64,000 nucleotides of DNA, taken from NCBI GenBank assembly GCA_944320675.1, contig CALUIJ010000110.1:1019-65018 (forward strand), in the 5' to 3' direction. Shown here piece after piece: positions 10,425 through 20,738 of this stretch (position 1 is its first letter; each line of letters starts with the position of its first letter). This DNA is from an uncultured Prevotella sp. (GTDB lineage: Bacteria; Bacteroidota; Bacteroidia; Bacteroidales; Bacteroidaceae). Under the pieces are notes generated by a model, which searched no databases, was not told where the DNA came from, and worked only from the letters and a program-made list of their open reading frames with translations. Position numbers and translations under genes: made by a program.

Positions 10425-11054
10425 ATGAAAGAGGAAAACGAAAACATAAAGAACGAGGAGAACGCCGGGAATACCGACGGCGGAACTTGCGCCAACGACA
10501 AAACGGCAGGCGGAACTACGGAAGAAACAACATGCGACAACGAAGCAAAGACCGGAGAGGCAACAGGACAGGCGGACGCTGAGGACGGAAAGGCGGAAGA
10601 GAAAGACCCGCTTGACGCGGCCCTCGACGAAATCGCCGCGTTAAAAGACAAATACCTCCGCTCAGTCGCCGAATTCGACAATTACCGCAAGCGCACGCTT
10701 AAAGAGAAAGCCGAACTGGTATTGAACGGTTCGGAAAAGGCCGTGCAAGCCATCCTCCCGATAATAGACGACATGGAACGCGCCATCGCCAACGCCGAAA
10801 AAACGGATGACGCCGAAGTGCTGAAAGAAGGAATGAAGCTGATTTACCAAAAGACCAACAAGGTAATGGAAAGCCTCGGCGTAAAGAAGATTGACACGAC
10901 CGACGCCGATTTTGACACCAACTTCCATGAGGCCGTGGCAATGGTTCCCGGCATGGGCGACGACAAGAAAGGCAAAGTGCTCGACTGCGTACAGACCGGA
11001 TACACCCTCAACGACAAGGTGATAAGGCATGCCAAAGTGGCGGTCGGACAATAA
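10425..11054 (+). CDS. grpE: Nucleotide exchange factor GrpE
   Basis: LRSVAEFDNYRKR, FDTNFHEAV, GYTLNDKVIRHAKVAV; start moved to ATG 10425. Confidence 0.95.
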   Translation: MKEENENIKNEENAGNTDGGTCANDKTAGGTTEETTCDNEAKTGEATGQADAEDGKAEEKDPLDAALDEIAALKDKYLRSVAEFDNYRKRTLKEKAELVLNGSEKAVQAILPIIDDMERAIANAEKTDDAEVLKEGMKLIYQKTNKVMESLGVKKIDTTDADFDTNFHEAVAMVPGMGDDKKGKVLDCVQTGYTLNDKVIRHAKVAVGQ

Positions 11055-11064
11055 AGAATCAAAT

Positions 11065-11146
11065 TAATTAAGAGTTAAGGATTAAGAAAACGAAATGCTT
11101 TATCCATGGCACATTTTCTTAATTCTTAATCCTTAATTCTTAATTA
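11065..11146. repeat. Heptamer-armed hairpin, copy 1 (grpE-dnaJ)
   Basis: AATTAAG AGTTAAG GATTAAG ... CTTAATT CTTAATC CTTAATT CTTAATT. Confidence 0.85.
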
Positions 11147-11161
11147 GCAAAAACAAAGATT

Positions 11162-12334
11162 ATGGCAAAGAGAGACTACTATGAGGTTCTCGGCGTGAGC
11201 AAAGACGCCTCAGAAGACGAAATAAAAAAGGCTTATAGGAAAATAGCCATCAAATACCACCCTGACAGGAATCCCGGCAACAAAGAGGCCGAAGACAAAT
11301 TTAAGGAGGCGGCTGAAGCGTATGACGTTTTGCACGATCCGCAAAAACGCCGGCAATACGACCAGTTCGGGTTCAACGGCCCCGGGGGCGAAAGTGGATT
11401 CGGCGGATTCAGCAGCGCAGGCGGATTCAGTATGGACGATATCTTCTCCATGTTCGGCGACATCTTCGGCGGACGCGGCGGATTCGGAGGATTCGGCGGC
11501 GGCGGATTCGGCGGTGGCCAACGGCGGCCGGCACAGCAGAGAGGCTCGGACCTGCGCCTGAAAGTCAAACTTACGTTGCAGGAAATATCCACCGGAGTCA
11601 CAAAGAAATTCAAGGTAAAGAAAGACGTACCCTGCAGCCACTGCCACGGCAGCGGAGCCGAAGGCAACAGCGCTAAGGAAACGTGTCCGACGTGCCACGG
11701 CAGCGGCGTGGTGACACATACGACGCAGAGCATTTTCGGAATGATGCAAACACAAAACGTATGCCCCACATGCGGTGGCGAAGGCATGGTGATAAAAAAC
11801 AAGTGCCACGTTTGCGGCGGCAACGGAATCGTCAAAGGGGAAGAAGTGGTCGAGATAAACATCCCGGCAGGAGTTTCAGAGGGAATGGTTGTAAACGTTC
11901 CCGGGAAAGGCAACGCCGGACGGCACAACGGCGTGCCCGGCAACATTCAGGTATACATCGAGGAGGAGCCCAACGACACGTTCATACGCGACGACAACGA
12001 CATAATATACAACCTGCTGCTCGACTTCCCCACAGCCGCCCTCGGCGGTAGTGTCGAGATTCCGACGATCGACGGCGGAAGAGTGCGCGTAAAGATTGAG
12101 CCTGGCACACAACCGGGCAAAGCCCTGCGGCTTAGGGGCAAGGGGCTTCCGGCCGTACAAGGCTACGGCCGCGGCGTGGGCGACATGGTTGTCAACATCA
12201 GCGTGTATGTGCCAAAGACGCTCAACTCACAGGAAAGGCGCTCACTCGAGGAAATGCGTGAGAGCGACAACTTCAAGGGCGACAACGCCACGAAGCGTAC
12301 AATCTTCCAGAAGTTCAAGAATTACTTTAACTAA
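11162..12334 (+). CDS. dnaJ: Chaperone DnaJ
   Basis: J-domain HPD motif, G/F-rich region, four CxxCxGxG repeats. Confidence 0.97.
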   Translation: MAKRDYYEVLGVSKDASEDEIKKAYRKIAIKYHPDRNPGNKEAEDKFKEAAEAYDVLHDPQKRRQYDQFGFNGPGGESGFGGFSSAGGFSMDDIFSMFGDIFGGRGGFGGFGGGGFGGGQRRPAQQRGSDLRLKVKLTLQEISTGVTKKFKVKKDVPCSHCHGSGAEGNSAKETCPTCHGSGVVTHTTQSIFGMMQTQNVCPTCGGEGMVIKNKCHVCGGNGIVKGEEVVEINIPAGVSEGMVVNVPGKGNAGRHNGVPGNIQVYIEEEPNDTFIRDDNDIIYNLLLDFPTAALGGSVEIPTIDGGRVRVKIEPGTQPGKALRLRGKGLPAVQGYGRGVGDMVVNISVYVPKTLNSQERRSLEEMRESDNFKGDNATKRTIFQKFKNYFN

Positions 12335-12352
12335 AAAGGACAAGTCGCTCAA

Positions 12353-13639
12353 ATGACATACGAAGAGACTATCGAATACCTTTACAACAGCGTCCCTATG
12401 TTTCAAAAAGTGGGCGCTGTTGCTTATAAAGAGGGATTGTACAATACAATAAAGCTTGACGAACACTTCGGCCACCCCCACAAAAAATACAAGACCATAC
12501 ACATAGCCGGCACCAACGGCAAGGGATCTTGTTCACACACGATAGCGGCCATACTGCAAGCTGCAGGATACAAGGTCGGACTTTACACGTCGCCCCACCT
12601 TAAGGATTTCCGCGAGCGCATCAGGGTCAACGGCGAATGTATAAGCAAGGAATACGTTGTCGACTTCGTAAGAAACGAGCGCGACTTCTTCGAGCCTCTG
12701 CACCCAAGTTTCTTCGAACTTACTACAGCCTTGGCTTTCAAGTACTTCGCAGAATGCTGCATCGACATTGCCGTCGTTGAAGTGGGACTTGGCGGACGGC
12801 TTGACTGCACAAACATCATAACTCCCATCCTATCGATCATAACAAACATCAGCCTGGACCATACGCAATTCCTCGGCAACACATTAAGGGAGATAGCCAG
12901 CGAAAAAGCCGGTATCATAAAAAACGGCATACCTATTATAATAGGTGAAAGCGTTGAAGAGACACGTCCCGTATTCACGGCAAAAGCCGAAGAATGCGGC
13001 AGTCGGATAACCTTCGCTGAAGAATGCGGTGAAATGCTGGCAGCCAGACCTGCCCATAAAGGAGGGATTACATACGCAACGGAATCGTTCGGAACATTCC
13101 ACGGAGAACTTGGCGGCATCTATCAGAAAAAGAACACGCCGACGGTGCTGTGCGCCGTCAAGAAACTGAGGGAGTTGGGCCTGAAGATAAGCGACACGGA
13201 CGTACACAAAGGCTTTGCCAGTGTTTCAGAAAGCACAGGCCTGCTCGGCCGTTGGCAAAAAGTAAACGACAAACCCACCGTAATCTGCGACACTGGCCAT
13301 AACGTTGGCGGATGGATCTACCTAAGCCGCCAACTTAAAGCCCAAAAATGCCGCAAAATGCACATCGTATTCGGAATGGTCGATGACAAGGACGTTCAAA
13401 CCGTAATGGACCTTCTCCCCAAAGACGCGGCATACTACTTTACAAAGGCCGACAACAAAAGGGCCGTCGACGAAAAGGAGATAATGCGCCTCGGAAGCAT
13501 GCGCCACCTGAAAGGCTGCTGCTACCCTGACGTGAAAAGCGCTTACAAAGAAGCCGTAAAGAGTGCTACGGAGGACGATTTCATATTCGTAGGAGGAAGC
13601 AGTTATATAGTAGCAGACTTCCTAAATGATTGTGTTTAA
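12353..13639 (+). CDS. folC: Folylpolyglutamate synthase / dihydrofolate synthase
   Basis: IHIAGTNGKGS, EVGLGGRLDCTN, DTGHN motifs. Confidence 0.95.
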   Translation: MTYEETIEYLYNSVPMFQKVGAVAYKEGLYNTIKLDEHFGHPHKKYKTIHIAGTNGKGSCSHTIAAILQAAGYKVGLYTSPHLKDFRERIRVNGECISKEYVVDFVRNERDFFEPLHPSFFELTTALAFKYFAECCIDIAVVEVGLGGRLDCTNIITPILSIITNISLDHTQFLGNTLREIASEKAGIIKNGIPIIIGESVEETRPVFTAKAEECGSRITFAEECGEMLAARPAHKGGITYATESFGTFHGELGGIYQKKNTPTVLCAVKKLRELGLKISDTDVHKGFASVSESTGLLGRWQKVNDKPTVICDTGHNVGGWIYLSRQLKAQKCRKMHIVFGMVDDKDVQTVMDLLPKDAAYYFTKADNKRAVDEKEIMRLGSMRHLKGCCYPDVKSAYKEAVKSATEDDFIFVGGSSYIVADFLNDCV

Positions 13640-13743
13640 TCGTTTTTAACAATAAAACAATATAATTTCATGCGTTTCATTTGTGTTTCTCAACTTTTTT
13701 AAGTTACTTTGCAAATAAGTTTATAACTAAAAAGAATAATATT

Positions 13744-14832
13744 ATGAGCACAAATGAAACGCAATGCTTATGTGGTTTGAATAGGGAAGACTTTCAAACC
13801 ACTATAAACGGAAAAAAGACGGATTTATATATTCTCAAGAACAAATGGGGTAACGAAGTGGCCATAACAAATTACGGCGGCGCAATCGTAGCCATAATGG
13901 TCCCTGACAAAAACGGCAACTACGCGAACGTCATACAAGGCCATGACAACATCCAGGATGTCATCAACAGCCCCGAGCCATACTTGTCAACGCTCATCGG
14001 CCGCTACGGCAACAGGATATGCAAGGGCAAGTTCCAACTTAACGGCAAAGAATACCAATTGGCGATTAACAACGGCCCGAACTCACTGCACGGCGGCAAC
14101 AAGGGATTCAACGCAAAAGTATGGGACGCTTTGAGAATGAACGACGAGACTCTGATTCTTAGCTACGTGTCTTCTTATGGAGAAGAAGGTTATACAGGAG
14201 AAGTGAAAGTAACGGTTGGATATATTTTCAATGACGATAACGAATTGATTATCGAATACATGGCAACCACGAACAAGAAGACGATTATCAACCTTACAAG
14301 CCATGGGTTCTTCAGTCTGGCAGGAACAGCCAACCCCACCCCGTCAATAGACAACAATATCTGTGAAATAAACGCCGACTATTATTTGCCAATCGACGAG
14401 ACTTCGATCCCTACCGGCGAAATAAGATTCGTCAAAGGCACACCGTTTGATTTCCGTGCGCCCAAAGCCATAGGACAGGACATCAACGCCGATGACGAGC
14501 AAATAAAGAACGGCGCCGGATACGACCATTGTTTCGTATTGAACAAAAAAGAAGAAGGCGAACTAAGTTTTGCCGCACGCGTGACAGAACCTGTCAGCGG
14601 CCGCACGATGGATGTTTACACCACCGAGCCTGGCATGCAATTCTACACTGACAACTGGGCTGACGGGTACAAGGGACAACACGGCGCGACATTCCCAAGA
14701 AGAAGTGCCGTATGCTTTGAAGCGCAACACTTCCCAGACTCCCCCAACCATCCATACTTCCCATCCGTGATTTTACGGCCGGGCGACCAGTATAAGCAAA
14801 AGACCATTTATAAATTCGGAGTTGAGAAATAA
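13744..14832 (+). CDS. galM: Aldose 1-epimerase (cytoplasmic mutarotase)
   Basis: GRYGNRI, NSLHGG, GYDHCF, CFEAQHFPDSPN; start at ATG 13744. Confidence 0.9.
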   Translation: MSTNETQCLCGLNREDFQTTINGKKTDLYILKNKWGNEVAITNYGGAIVAIMVPDKNGNYANVIQGHDNIQDVINSPEPYLSTLIGRYGNRICKGKFQLNGKEYQLAINNGPNSLHGGNKGFNAKVWDALRMNDETLILSYVSSYGEEGYTGEVKVTVGYIFNDDNELIIEYMATTNKKTIINLTSHGFFSLAGTANPTPSIDNNICEINADYYLPIDETSIPTGEIRFVKGTPFDFRAPKAIGQDINADDEQIKNGAGYDHCFVLNKKEEGELSFAARVTEPVSGRTMDVYTTEPGMQFYTDNWADGYKGQHGATFPRRSAVCFEAQHFPDSPNHPYFPSVILRPGDQYKQKTIYKFGVEK

Positions 14833-14883
14833 CCACAAACTCCCAATAAGACCTAAATCATCAACTTAATAATCAAGAAAAAT

Positions 14884-16044
14884 ATGGACATAGAATTTGT
14901 AAGAAGCCGTTTCATCAAACATTTTGACGGACAGACAGGCAACATTTATGCTGCCCCAGGACGCATCAACCTCATTGGAGAACACACAGATTATAACGGA
15001 GGTTTCGTTTTCCCAGGTGCCATAGACAAGGGTATCATGTGCGAAGTACGCCCAAATGGGACAGACACGGTAATGGCATACGCCATCGACCTGAAAGACA
15101 GGGTTGAATTCAAAGTAAACGACCCTGAAGGGCCACGCACCAGCTGGGCGCGCTATATTTACGGAATCATCCAAGAAATGAAAAAACGTGGCGTTGACGT
15201 AAAAGGATTCAACATTGCGTTTGCCGGCGACGTTCCACTTGGCGCAGGCATGTCCTCGTCAGCCGCAATGGAGAGCTGTTTCGCATTCGCGCTCAACGAC
15301 CTGTTCGGCGAAAACAAAGTCTCAAAATGGGATATGGTTTTGGCAGGACAAGCTACGGAACATAATTATTGCGGCGTAAACTGCGGCATCATGGATCAGT
15401 TTGCCAGCATTTTCGGAAAGGAAGGCAAACTCATGCGCCTCGACTGCAGAAGCCGTGAATTTGAATATTACCCGTTTGAGCCCAAAGGCTACAAGCTCGT
15501 TTTGCTTGACTCCGTAGTGAAACACGAACTTGCCTCTTCAGCATATAATGACAGGCGTAAAAGTTGCGAAAACGTCGTCGAAGCATTAAAGAACAGATAC
15601 ACCGATAGGACTATCGAAACACTGCGCGACGCCAACTGGGACATGCTTGAATCAGTAAAGGCCGACGTTAGCGAAGAAGACATTAAGAGAGCTACATACG
15701 TCCTTGGAGAAAAAGACAGAGTATTGGCAGTCTGCGCCGCACTGATAGCCGGAGATTATGAGACTGTTGGACAAAAGATGTATGAAACACATGACGGATT
15801 AAGCAAAGATTACGAAGTTTCATGCGAAGAACTTGACTTCCTTGTCGATATCGCACGCAGGGACGGAGTCACCGGTAGTAGGATTATGGGCGGCGGCTTC
15901 GGCGGATGCACAATCAACCTTGTCAAAGAAGAGCTTTATGATAAGTTCATCAACGACGCGACAACCGAATACAAAGAAAAGTTCAACAAGCAACCTAAGG
16001 TTTACAACGTAGTCATCAGCGACGGTGCTCATAAGGTTTGCTAA
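14884..16044 (+). CDS. galK: Galactokinase
   Basis: PGRINLIGEHTDYN, PLGAGMSSSA, GSRIMGGGFGGC. Confidence 0.96.
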   Translation: MDIEFVRSRFIKHFDGQTGNIYAAPGRINLIGEHTDYNGGFVFPGAIDKGIMCEVRPNGTDTVMAYAIDLKDRVEFKVNDPEGPRTSWARYIYGIIQEMKKRGVDVKGFNIAFAGDVPLGAGMSSSAAMESCFAFALNDLFGENKVSKWDMVLAGQATEHNYCGVNCGIMDQFASIFGKEGKLMRLDCRSREFEYYPFEPKGYKLVLLDSVVKHELASSAYNDRRKSCENVVEALKNRYTDRTIETLRDANWDMLESVKADVSEEDIKRATYVLGEKDRVLAVCAALIAGDYETVGQKMYETHDGLSKDYEVSCEELDFLVDIARRDGVTGSRIMGGGFGGCTINLVKEELYDKFINDATTEYKEKFNKQPKVYNVVISDGAHKVC

Positions 16045-16049
16045 AATCC

Positions 16050-16108
16050 ACATTTCATTAAAAACAAAAGAGCCAATTAAAACGGCTCTTTTGTTTTTAA
16101 TGAAATGT
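16050..16108. terminator. 25-bp perfect inverted repeat / terminator after galK
   Basis: ACATTTCATTAAAAACAAAAGAGCC, 9-nt loop, GGCTCTTTTGTTTTTAATGAAATGT. Confidence 0.8.
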
Positions 16109-16226
16109 TAATATGTTATTTTTTCAAAAAGATCAGCACTAATAGGTATCACATTTAGTACAAAATTTGCAAATGTACGTTTTTATATCATAAAATATCC
16201 AATTAAATATACGTTCATAAGAAATT

Positions 16227-16247
16227 AAGTTGTAATTTTACACCCAT
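16227..16247 (+). promoter_or_regulatory. Candidate operator overlapping the ara operon promoter
   Basis: Dyad TGTAA-TT-TTACA over a TAATTTTA variant of the -7 box, about 30 nt before the ATG. Confidence 0.4.
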
Positions 16248-16273
16248 AAACGGAAACTTAATAATCAAGTTGT

Positions 16274-17440
16274 ATGAAGAGCATCACATCAAGCATTGTA
16301 GGCCTTGGCATTGCGATAGCAATGGTATCGGCTTGTTCAACAAAAACAGAAAGTAACCTTACAGTTTCGGGACTCAATCCTGCAGCATTTGACACGATAA
16401 TCAACGAAAAGCCCGTAAAGCTTTACACGCTGAAGAACTCAAAAGGCATGGAGGTTTGCATCACAAACTTCGGCGGACGAGTGGTATCATTGACCGTACC
16501 TGACAAAAACGGCAAACCGACCGATGTCGTATTAGGCTATGACAATATCGCGCAATACGCCGACACAGTAAACAGCCCAAGCGACTTCGGATCTTCCGTA
16601 GGTAGATATGCCAACAGGATAAACAAAGGGAAACTAAACGTAGACGGCAAAGCAATACAATTGCCGACAAACAATTTCGGCCATTGCCTGCACGGAGGCC
16701 CTTCCGGATGGATGTACCAAGTTTACGATGCCAACTTATTGAATGATTCAACATTGGAATTAAGCATTGTCTCTCCCGATGGAGACAACGGCTTCCCCGG
16801 CACCGTAAAAGCAACGACAACGTACAAGTTGCTTTCAGACAACACCCTTGACATCGTATTCGAGGCTGAGACGGACAAAGAAACTGTCATCAACATGACA
16901 AACCACAGCTATTTTAATCTTAACGGCGACCCGTCGAAAGAAGGCATGGACATGGTTCTGTATGTTAACGCAGACAACTACACTCCAGCCGATTCAACAT
17001 ATATGACAACAGGAGAAATCAAGCCTGTAGAAGGCACTCCCATGGATTTCCGCAGGGCCCACGCAATAAGCGAAACAATTAACGACACTACATTTGACCA
17101 GATAAGAAACGCATCAGGATACGACCATAACTGGTGCCTGAACACATATAAAGACGGCAAAGGCGACGACACGACTGTCGCTGCATCCCTTTACTCGCCG
17201 AAAACAGGTATTTTCCTTGAGATGTTCACTAACGAACCCGGAGTGCAAGTTTACACCGGCAACTTCCAAGGCACGGGCATAAGTTGCAAACACGGCATCA
17301 AATATCCCAAGCACGTTTCAGTCTGCCTTGAAAGCCAGAAATATCCAGACTCCCCAAACAAAAAAGACTGGCCGTCACCTTATTTGAAGCCGGGCGAGAA
17401 ATACTACAGCCACGTAGCTTACAGATTCAGCGTCAAATAA
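16274..17440 (+). CDS. Aldose 1-epimerase, lipoprotein (probable arabinose mutarotase)
   Basis: Lipobox-like MVSAC; GRYANRI, HCLHGG, NMTNHSYFNL, GYDHNW; first gene of the ara cluster. Confidence 0.85.
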   Translation: MKSITSSIVGLGIAIAMVSACSTKTESNLTVSGLNPAAFDTIINEKPVKLYTLKNSKGMEVCITNFGGRVVSLTVPDKNGKPTDVVLGYDNIAQYADTVNSPSDFGSSVGRYANRINKGKLNVDGKAIQLPTNNFGHCLHGGPSGWMYQVYDANLLNDSTLELSIVSPDGDNGFPGTVKATTTYKLLSDNTLDIVFEAETDKETVINMTNHSYFNLNGDPSKEGMDMVLYVNADNYTPADSTYMTTGEIKPVEGTPMDFRRAHAISETINDTTFDQIRNASGYDHNWCLNTYKDGKGDDTTVAASLYSPKTGIFLEMFTNEPGVQVYTGNFQGTGISCKHGIKYPKHVSVCLESQKYPDSPNKKDWPSPYLKPGEKYYSHVAYRFSVK

Positions 17441-17483
17441 TATTAAAGCAACACTTTACCTAAAAACAAAACTAATAAATAAA

Positions 17484-19238
17484 ATGAATTGGAACACACA
17501 TGAATTTATCTGGCTCGACTGGACAATTTTGATAGTCGGAGTATTGTTGGTTGGATGGGCTGTTTACCGCTCAATCCAAAAAGACAAACGGATGCAGCAA
17601 GGAGCAAACAGTGAGGACTATCTGTTCGGCAAAGGTGAACCGTGGTACATCATCGGTGCGGCAATCTTCGCCGCCAATATCGGTTCGGAACACCTTGTAG
17701 GCCTTGCCGGAACAGGAGCGAAAGACGGTGTCGGCATGGCCCATTGGGAAATGCAAGGATGGATGATCCTAATCCTTGGATGGCTGTTCGTTCCGTTTTA
17801 CCAATTACTGAACAACAAGTTAGGCAAAATCATAACCATGCCCGACTTCCTGAAATTCCGCTACACACAAGCGACGGGCTCATGGTTGTCCATCATCACC
17901 CTTGTCGCATATATCCTGACAAAGGTAAGCGTGACCGCATTCACCGGCGGTATATTCTTCGAGTACCTTCTTGGAATACCATTTTGGTATGGTGCCATCG
18001 GCTTGATCGTCATAACTGCAATCTTTACGGTATTCGGAGGAATGAAAGGCGTAATGACACTTTCCGCCATACAAACTCCCATACTGATTATCGGTTCATT
18101 CCTCGTATTATTCCTCGGACTCGCCACGCTCGGCGGAGGAAGCATCGGTGAAGGTTGGACGACGATGATGGAGTTCTGCGGAAAATTACACGACGGCTAC
18201 GGGACAACGCACATGTTCCACTGGGAGGAAGGCGACCCCATGTATAAGGAATACCCAGGTTTCGTAGTATTCATCGGAGCCAGCATCATCGGATTCTGGT
18301 ATTGGTGTACAGACCAACACATCGTTCAGCGTGTGCTCGGCCAACGTAAAGGCGAGGCTAACGAGGAAGTTATGAAGCGCGCCCGCCGCGGTACCATCGC
18401 AGCAGGCTATTTCAAGCTGCTCCCCGTTTTCATGTTCCTCATACCCGGAATGATTGCAGCCGCCCTTGCCGAAGACCCGACGAGTTCGTTCGAATTCTCA
18501 CTGAAAGCCGGCACGACCGAGCCTGACACTGATGCGGCATTCGCACAAATGGTCAAGTTCATCTTGCCCGCCGGCGTCAAGGGCATCGTGACGATAGGCT
18601 TTATCTGCGCCTTGGTAGCTTCCCTGGCCGCGTTCTTCAATTCGTGCGCAACGCTATTCACCGAAGATTTCTACAAACCGATGAAGAAAGGCAAGAGCGA
18701 AGCCCATTACGTATTGGTAGGACGCATCGCAACCGTCGTTGTTGTCATACTTGGCCTTATCTGGATGCCGGTCATGATGAGTATGGACACGCTTTACAGC
18801 TACTTGCAGAACATCCAGTCGCTCTTGGCTCCGGCAATGGTTGCCGTGTTCACGATGGGTATATTCTCCAAGAAGATAACACCGTTAGCAGGCCAATGGG
18901 GCCTTATCGGCGGTTTCATAATCGGCATGATCCGCCTTCTGACAAATGTTATCACGAAAAACGGTAACGCCGTTATGGAAGGAGCATTTTGGGAAAGCAC
19001 TACATGGTTCTGGCAAACCAATTGGCTCGTATTTGAGATTTGGCTGCTCGTATTTATCATCGCACTCATGATCGTCGTATCAATGTTCACGCCGAAACCG
19101 AGTGCAGAGCAAATCGAGGCGATTACGTTCACGAAAGAATACAAAGCCCAGATTCTCAAGAGCTGGAGCAAATGGGACGTTGTGGCAACAATCGGCGTTG
19201 TCGCCTTGTGTGCAGCATTCTACGCTTATTTCTGGTAA
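17484..19238 (+). CDS. Sodium:solute symporter (probable arabinose permease)
   Basis: AANIGSEHLVGLAG, WYWCTDQHIVQR, many TM helices. Confidence 0.9.
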   Translation: MNWNTHEFIWLDWTILIVGVLLVGWAVYRSIQKDKRMQQGANSEDYLFGKGEPWYIIGAAIFAANIGSEHLVGLAGTGAKDGVGMAHWEMQGWMILILGWLFVPFYQLLNNKLGKIITMPDFLKFRYTQATGSWLSIITLVAYILTKVSVTAFTGGIFFEYLLGIPFWYGAIGLIVITAIFTVFGGMKGVMTLSAIQTPILIIGSFLVLFLGLATLGGGSIGEGWTTMMEFCGKLHDGYGTTHMFHWEEGDPMYKEYPGFVVFIGASIIGFWYWCTDQHIVQRVLGQRKGEANEEVMKRARRGTIAAGYFKLLPVFMFLIPGMIAAALAEDPTSSFEFSLKAGTTEPDTDAAFAQMVKFILPAGVKGIVTIGFICALVASLAAFFNSCATLFTEDFYKPMKKGKSEAHYVLVGRIATVVVVILGLIWMPVMMSMDTLYSYLQNIQSLLAPAMVAVFTMGIFSKKITPLAGQWGLIGGFIIGMIRLLTNVITKNGNAVMEGAFWESTTWFWQTNWLVFEIWLLVFIIALMIVVSMFTPKPSAEQIEAITFTKEYKAQILKSWSKWDVVATIGVVALCAAFYAYFW

Positions 19239-19336
19239 ATCAAGATAAGCAGACCATATCATCCATTGGCATGCCGGCAAGACACTTACCAATTGCCGGC
19301 GGGCCAATGCGATTACAAATAATAAACAAATAAGTA

Positions 19337-20014
19337 ATGACAATTTATTATAACGAACATTCCAAAGTCTTTGTTTCCGTCGATTGCATAATCTTCGGTT
19401 TCGAAGATAGAAAGTTGAAACTTCTTCTCGGTAAAAGGCAGATGGATCCAGGAAGAGGGGAATGGTCACTTTACGGCGGTTTCGTCGAAGAGAACGAAAG
19501 CCTCGACGACGCTGCGAACAGGGTGCTGTTCCAACTGACCGGACTGAAAGACATCTACATGAAACAAGTCGGTGCATTCGGAGCAATCGACCGCGACCCT
19601 GGAGAAAGAGTTATTTCTATTGCGTACTGCGCACTTATCAACGTGAATGATTACGACGAAAGCCTGTTAAAGGAACACCAGGTTGAGTGGGTGAATCTTG
19701 AAGACTTGCCGAAATTATATTCAGACCACAATGACATGGTGAAGAAAGCCATAACCCTTCTACGCAGGAGGATTTCATCCGAGCCGTTAAGCTTCAACCT
19801 ACTTCCCGATCTTTTCACGCTTACACAACTACAACATGTGTATGAAGCCATACTAAGTGAAAACATTGACAAACGGAATTTCAGGAAGAGGATTAAGACT
19901 ATCGAATACATTGAAAAAACCGACCAAATAGATAAAGTGACATCGAAACGCGGTGCGGCCCTTTACCGTTTCAACAAGGAAGCATATATGGAAGACCCAA
20001 TTTTTAAACTTTAA
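19337..20014 (+). CDS. araR: NrtR-family Nudix-wHTH regulator (AraR-like)
   Basis: [10 protein letters not shown], degenerate Nudix box, [19 protein letters not shown]...DKRNFRK; located in the ara operon. Confidence 0.85.
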   Translation: MTIYYNEHSKVFVSVDCIIFGFEDRKLKLLLGKRQMDPGRGEWSLYGGFVEENESLDDAANRVLFQLTGLKDIYMKQVGAFGAIDRDPGERVISIAYCALINVNDYDESLLKEHQVEWVNLEDLPKLYSDHNDMVKKAITLLRRRISSEPLSFNLLPDLFTLTQLQHVYEAILSENIDKRNFRKRIKTIEYIEKTDQIDKVTSKRGAALYRFNKEAYMEDPIFKL

Positions 20015-20018
20015 TACT

Positions 20019-20711
20019 ATGTTAGAAGAATTGAAAGAAAAAGTGTTTAAGGCCAACTTGGATTTGGTTAAGCACAACTTGGTTATATTCACCTGGGGTA
20101 ATGTATCAGGAATCGACCGCGAGAAAGGACTCGTAGTAATCAAGCCTTCAGGCGTAAGCTATGACGAAATGAAAGCGTCAGACATGGTAGTTGTCGATTT
20201 GCAAACAGGCAAGACCGTAGAAGGCAACCTCAACCCATCGTCAGACACGCCCACCCACCTCGTCCTGTACCGTGCGTTTCCAGAGATAGGCGGCATCGTG
20301 CACACGCATTCGACATACGCTACGGCATGGGCGCAGGCAGGAAAAGACATCCCTAACATCGGAACAACCCACGCCGACTATTTCCACGATGCCATTCCTT
20401 GCACTGCAGACATGACAGCAGACCAAATGGCCGAATACGAAAAAGAGACGGGAACTGTCATCGTCGACAGGTTCAAGGACATCAACTACGTGCACACACC
20501 GGGCGTATTGGTGAAAAACCATGGTCCGTTCTCATGGGGCAAAAACCCTGACAATGCCGTTTATAACGCCGTTGTGATGGAACAGGTGGCCAAAATGGCA
20601 TTTGTATCATTCTGCGTGAATCCAGAAACGACAATGAACCCGCTGCTCGTTGAAAAACATTTCAGCCGCAAGCACGGGCCCAACGCTTACTACGGACAAA
20701 AGAAAAAATAA
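20019..20711 (+). CDS. araD: L-ribulose-5-phosphate 4-epimerase
   Basis: [30 protein letters not shown]; start at ATG 20019. Confidence 0.95.
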   Translation: MLEELKEKVFKANLDLVKHNLVIFTWGNVSGIDREKGLVVIKPSGVSYDEMKASDMVVVDLQTGKTVEGNLNPSSDTPTHLVLYRAFPEIGGIVHTHSTYATAWAQAGKDIPNIGTTHADYFHDAIPCTADMTADQMAEYEKETGTVIVDRFKDINYVHTPGVLVKNHGPFSWGKNPDNAVYNAVVMEQVAKMAFVSFCVNPETTMNPLLVEKHFSRKHGPNAYYGQKKK

Positions 20712-20738
20712 CAGTCAAATACTAACAACTAAAAATCA

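Noticed and set aside
11395-11520. GGCGGATTC repeats
   Set aside because: They encode the normal G/F-rich linker of DnaJ
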